From Lepidodermella squamata (taxonomy: Eukaryota; Animalia; Gastrotricha): a stretch of DNA of 64,000 nt. The first letter of the stretch is position 1, and each line of letters begins with the position of its first letter. The stretch lies in assembly GCA_047495785.1 (NCBI GenBank), contig JBLDXI010000011.1:1302001-1366000 (forward strand), read 5' to 3'. This document shows positions 61,100 through 64,000 of the stretch, in pieces. The notes beneath the pieces were generated by a model, which was given only the letters and a program-made list of their open reading frames with translations, was not told where the DNA came from and ran no database searches. The position numbers and the translations under genes were made by a program.

Positions 61100-61730
61100 A
61101 TTAGAAGTCTATAGTGTCAAATGATGTCAAATATGCTCTCTCAAAGTCCACGGCAGCTGTAGCTAACTTCCTGTTCGCAGCTTTGATTATCAGCGCTATG
61201 GCAACGTCGTTGACAAGCCGAGATTTCTCAGCGTCCTGATTCGCGTGGCAGGTGACCCGAACTCCATAGGTAATAATAGGTGTATTTGATTTTGAAGTTA
61301 AACATCTGTCTTCTGAGCTCCTCCTCAAGATAACCGGAATCGTATTTTTCGTTGTCAAAGCAGTCTATGGCACGGTCAGTTTCTCCCAGATGGTCCTCGC
61401 GTCGACATATCTTTCCGGGTTTCGGCGATAGCAGAGAGCGCCTTGCTTGCTATGTAGTGGGGCTGGTGGGGTTGGTGGTTGTGAATTTTTTACACCATAT
61501 TAATCAATTGAAAGCGCCATTGATGCTATCATATCGACTATCGACCATCAAAGCAACAAGTAGTTGGACTTTGACTCTGAAAATCCGGCCTAACATGCCT
61601 ATATTGATAATCTCCTAAATGATCTAAATAATCAGTATTCAGCTTACACATTGAATATCGCCTTTTAATGAGATCATGAATTTCTAAAAGCATATTGCCA
61701 ATTATGACTCGTGCGGGGAACATCGACTTC
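61100..61730 (-). mobile_element. Probable decayed non-LTR reverse transcriptase fragment between the GPCR paralogs
   Basis: LVNDVAIAL...TAAVDFERAYLTSFDTIDF resembles the RT motif (D.SKAFD.V.H region); upstream EIHDLIKRR resembles the LINE ORF2 linker; many stops. Confidence 0.35.
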
Positions 61731-62153
61731 TTCAGGGCTAATTGGTGGAATTTCCTGAGAATAGATATTTACCACTTCTAGCAGTCTACGTGGTGGCATG
61801 TCGTTACACAATCATGGAGTACTAAAACCCGGTTTTACAGTACTTATATAAATAATAGACCGTAGCTGGTTCATTCACACTCTGTTCTCTATGGTTGATT
61901 CATGCCGTCTAAAACTCATGAATATCATACCTTTTGTATCGTATCGTTTCCTCTGACGCTATGGAGCCGCTTCGAATTGTACTAGAAATTACTCGATGAT
62001 AGCAACAGCTGCAGTGTGTAATGACATCTCGTGTCACCGGATGGAAGAGGCGCGACATTCTGCTAGTAGACTTCAAAAGCGTCTCCCTGAACTGATTCTC
62101 AAAACATTGTGGCATTACTTATAGTTTCTGTATTAGCAGCCTTCTCGAAAGCA

Positions 62154-64000
62154 ATGTTTTCCACCGCCGTCCTCTTAATCCCCAATAGTCCAGGAGCTGT
62201 GCTAGCTTCAAGATCTTTCTTCCCATTTCTGCGTAAGTTCGATGACTCGAGTTCGAGTTTATCATCACTCGTATCCCCGATCGTTCTCGGACCTACAGTT
62301 GCCTGCCAAAGTGTGACTCATTCGTTGAAAATGAACTATTTCACGGAATATACGCAGCAATGCAACGGGCCCTATCTGTTGGCGCGAAAAAGTATTTTCA
62401 CAAATCTGTACAGATTCGTCTCGCCATCTGAATGGAACAAAGCTACGGCAATTTTGTTCCAGATGAAAGTAGGAGGCTGGAAGCAAACAGGAATCCTAAC
62501 CAACAACATCAACGCAAATGACTTCTTAAACGCCCTATCAATTCAGCGAATAGCAGCAGAGAATGGGATTGATACCGTGTTTTTCGGTATGGACGATAGC
62601 ACGGTAACTGATGAAGTGATGGCAGGTCTGCAAAAGAGCCAAGCTCGGGTTGTGATTCTAGTCACATCCTACATTCAAACATGCATCAATTTCCTATGCC
62701 AGACCTACAAGTATGGCTTAGGAGCTCCTCAGTACGTCTTCATAATGGGCTTCAGCTGCTTTTATACACCGAATAGTCCTAGCCTTAATCTGCCGAAAGG
62801 ATGCACTAGAGACATGCTGACTGAGCAGTTGAGAGTAACTCTTTGGTATGGGTTGTATCGTGGAACTATTCAAACTTCGATGAATACAAGTTTGGGCTAC
62901 GATGCACGCTGGTTCACCGAAAAGGTAGACCAGGCATTACAAGGCGTGAAAGCTTCGGACGATGATAACCGCCCTATTTGTCACGATTTAGCTATGAGTG
63001 CTGTGATTGTTCTGAACAAATCAGAGGCGATTCTTAAGAAAGACTACAACACCTCGTTGAAGGAATTTCCTAACCAGCCAGCTCTAATTTCGCGAATAGT
63101 CAACCAAACCTCGGCTGAACTTGACGTTATCGGCTTTCGAATAGGACGAATCAAATGGACGTCGACCCTTGAATTATCGAACGATCGACTGCTCCTTGGA
63201 CAATGGAATGCTGCAACTGGTTCAGTCGACCTACTCTACGAATTTCGGTTGAAAGATGGAGTGTCCCCGCTTTTGACTTCTTCCTTTGAAATGATTGAGC
63301 TCAAGAAGCCAAAGTGGACGACTAGGAATGGACTCCCTCCAAAAGATCTGTCTCAAGTTACCTACTACGATGAACTGTGTCCCGCAGCTGCCTACATAAC
63401 TTTGGTTGTAATCGCCTGTTTCAGCGCATTTCTTCAGATTTTTGAAATTTCGACGATTCTTCTCAAAGGCGTCCGAGATTTCTCGAAAATCGCGACGTTC
63501 TTAGGATGTTTGATACTAGATGTTTCTTCAATTACTCTGGTTCTTGACAGCTTCATTCCGCTTATAATTGGCTGCCATTTGAAGTTCATCCTTATCACGT
63601 TAGGATTCACGTTGGTAGGCTCGGGTCTCCTATCTCAGGCCTTTTGTTTTCGGAAAGGTTTGAAAAGTAGGACACGTAACTTTCGGCCTCGAGCGGACAC
63701 AATAGGCTCAAAATCTAGCATTCGTAGCTCTGGGATGGAACAAGTTACTTTCAAGTTACCGAAAAATTCTAAACTTTTCACAATTATCGAATTATTGTTG
63801 TCATCGTTGATTTTGATCACTTGGCTAGGAATCGCCGATCCCTTATCTGTTGAGAGAAAAGTTTCCGACATTAGCTATGACGAAACATCCGATAGCTATA
63901 TCGCAAATGTCGCTTTTTCTTGTAATTCGAATCATTTGATCTACTGGCTAGGGTCGCTGCTAGCTCTCCACGCTTGCAGTCTCTTGGCGAGCTGTTTTCT
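62154..64000 (+). CDS. Second GABA-B-like class C GPCR paralog, inverted; intronless in the visible part, N-terminus 60 aa shorter, runs off the window
   Basis: Open frame from ATG 62154 (MFSTAVLLIPNSPGAVLASR...) to the window end; highly similar to 58069..60535 from 62188 onward. It is absent from the ORF track because it has no stop in the window. Confidence 0.8.
   Translation, partial: MFSTAVLLIPNSPGAVLASRSFFPFLRKFDDSSSSLSSLVSPIVLGPTVACQSVTHSLKMNYFTEYTQQCNGPYLLARKSIFTNLYRFVSPSEWNKATAILFQMKVGGWKQTGILTNNINANDFLNALSIQRIAAENGIDTVFFGMDDSTVTDEVMAGLQKSQARVVILVTSYIQTCINFLCQTYKYGLGAPQYVFIMGFSCFYTPNSPSLNLPKGCTRDMLTEQLRVTLWYGLYRGTIQTSMNTSLGYDARWFTEKVDQALQGVKASDDDNRPICHDLAMSAVIVLNKSEAILKKDYNTSLKEFPNQPALISRIVNQTSAELDVIGFRIGRIKWTSTLELSNDRLLLGQWNAATGSVDLLYEFRLKDGVSPLLTSSFEMIELKKPKWTTRNGLPPKDLSQVTYYDELCPAAAYITLVVIACFSAFLQIFEISTILLKGVRDFSKIATFLGCLILDVSSITLVLDSFIPLIIGCHLKFILITLGFTLVGSGLLSQAFCFRKGLKSRTRNFRPRADTIGSKSSIRSSGMEQVTFKLPKNSKLFTIIELLLSSLILITWLGIADPLSVERKVSDISYDETSDSYIANVAFSCNSNHLIYWLGSLLALHACSLLASCF

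Noticed and set aside
14679-64000. Dlx, CNG channel and class C GPCRs as a functional chemosensory cluster
   Set aside because: Proximity alone is not evidence; no shared regulatory signature is seen and unrelated genes intervene.
62154-64000. GPCR copy 2 as a simple 5'-truncated retrocopy
   Set aside because: It retains a homologous start-codon context and lies adjacent in inverted orientation. Poly-A and TSD cannot be seen in the window, so the retrocopy origin is unproven.

Overview
AT-rich animal (invertebrate-type) nuclear DNA with short GT-AG introns and the standard genetic code; the species cannot be identified from the sequence. The first ~27 kb holds a secreted LamG-like ORF broken by one in-frame TGA, a C2H2 zinc-finger gene, a GT31 glycosyltransferase, and a divergent tetraspanin-like gene whose 5-kb intron carries two antisense nested genes (a Crypton-derived DUF3504-type gene and a LamG/mucin-stalk surface protein). 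It also holds a two-exon Distal-less (Dlx) gene with a candidate BMP/Wnt enhancer and a 7-exon CNG channel alpha subunit with an atypical pore (NIAE) and an intronic tRNA-Glu(CTC). The main feature, at 29.9-57.9 kb, is a head-to-tail array of 17 F-box genes and pseudogenes with intronless CDSs. They share a C-terminal domain I cannot assign to a known family, built of conserved scaffold blocks and hypervariable segments, and they show block duplication, mosaicism, pseudogenisation and three MITE insertions. The window ends with a head-to-head pair of GABA-B-like class C GPCR paralogs that differ by precise absence of a 55-nt intron and of a GT-AG-bounded in-frame 45-nt segment. Most start codons sit just downstream of a 3' splice acceptor, which hints at SL trans-splicing or operons. 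All exon models were derived by eye and checked for frame; family assignments rest on motif recognition, not database searches.
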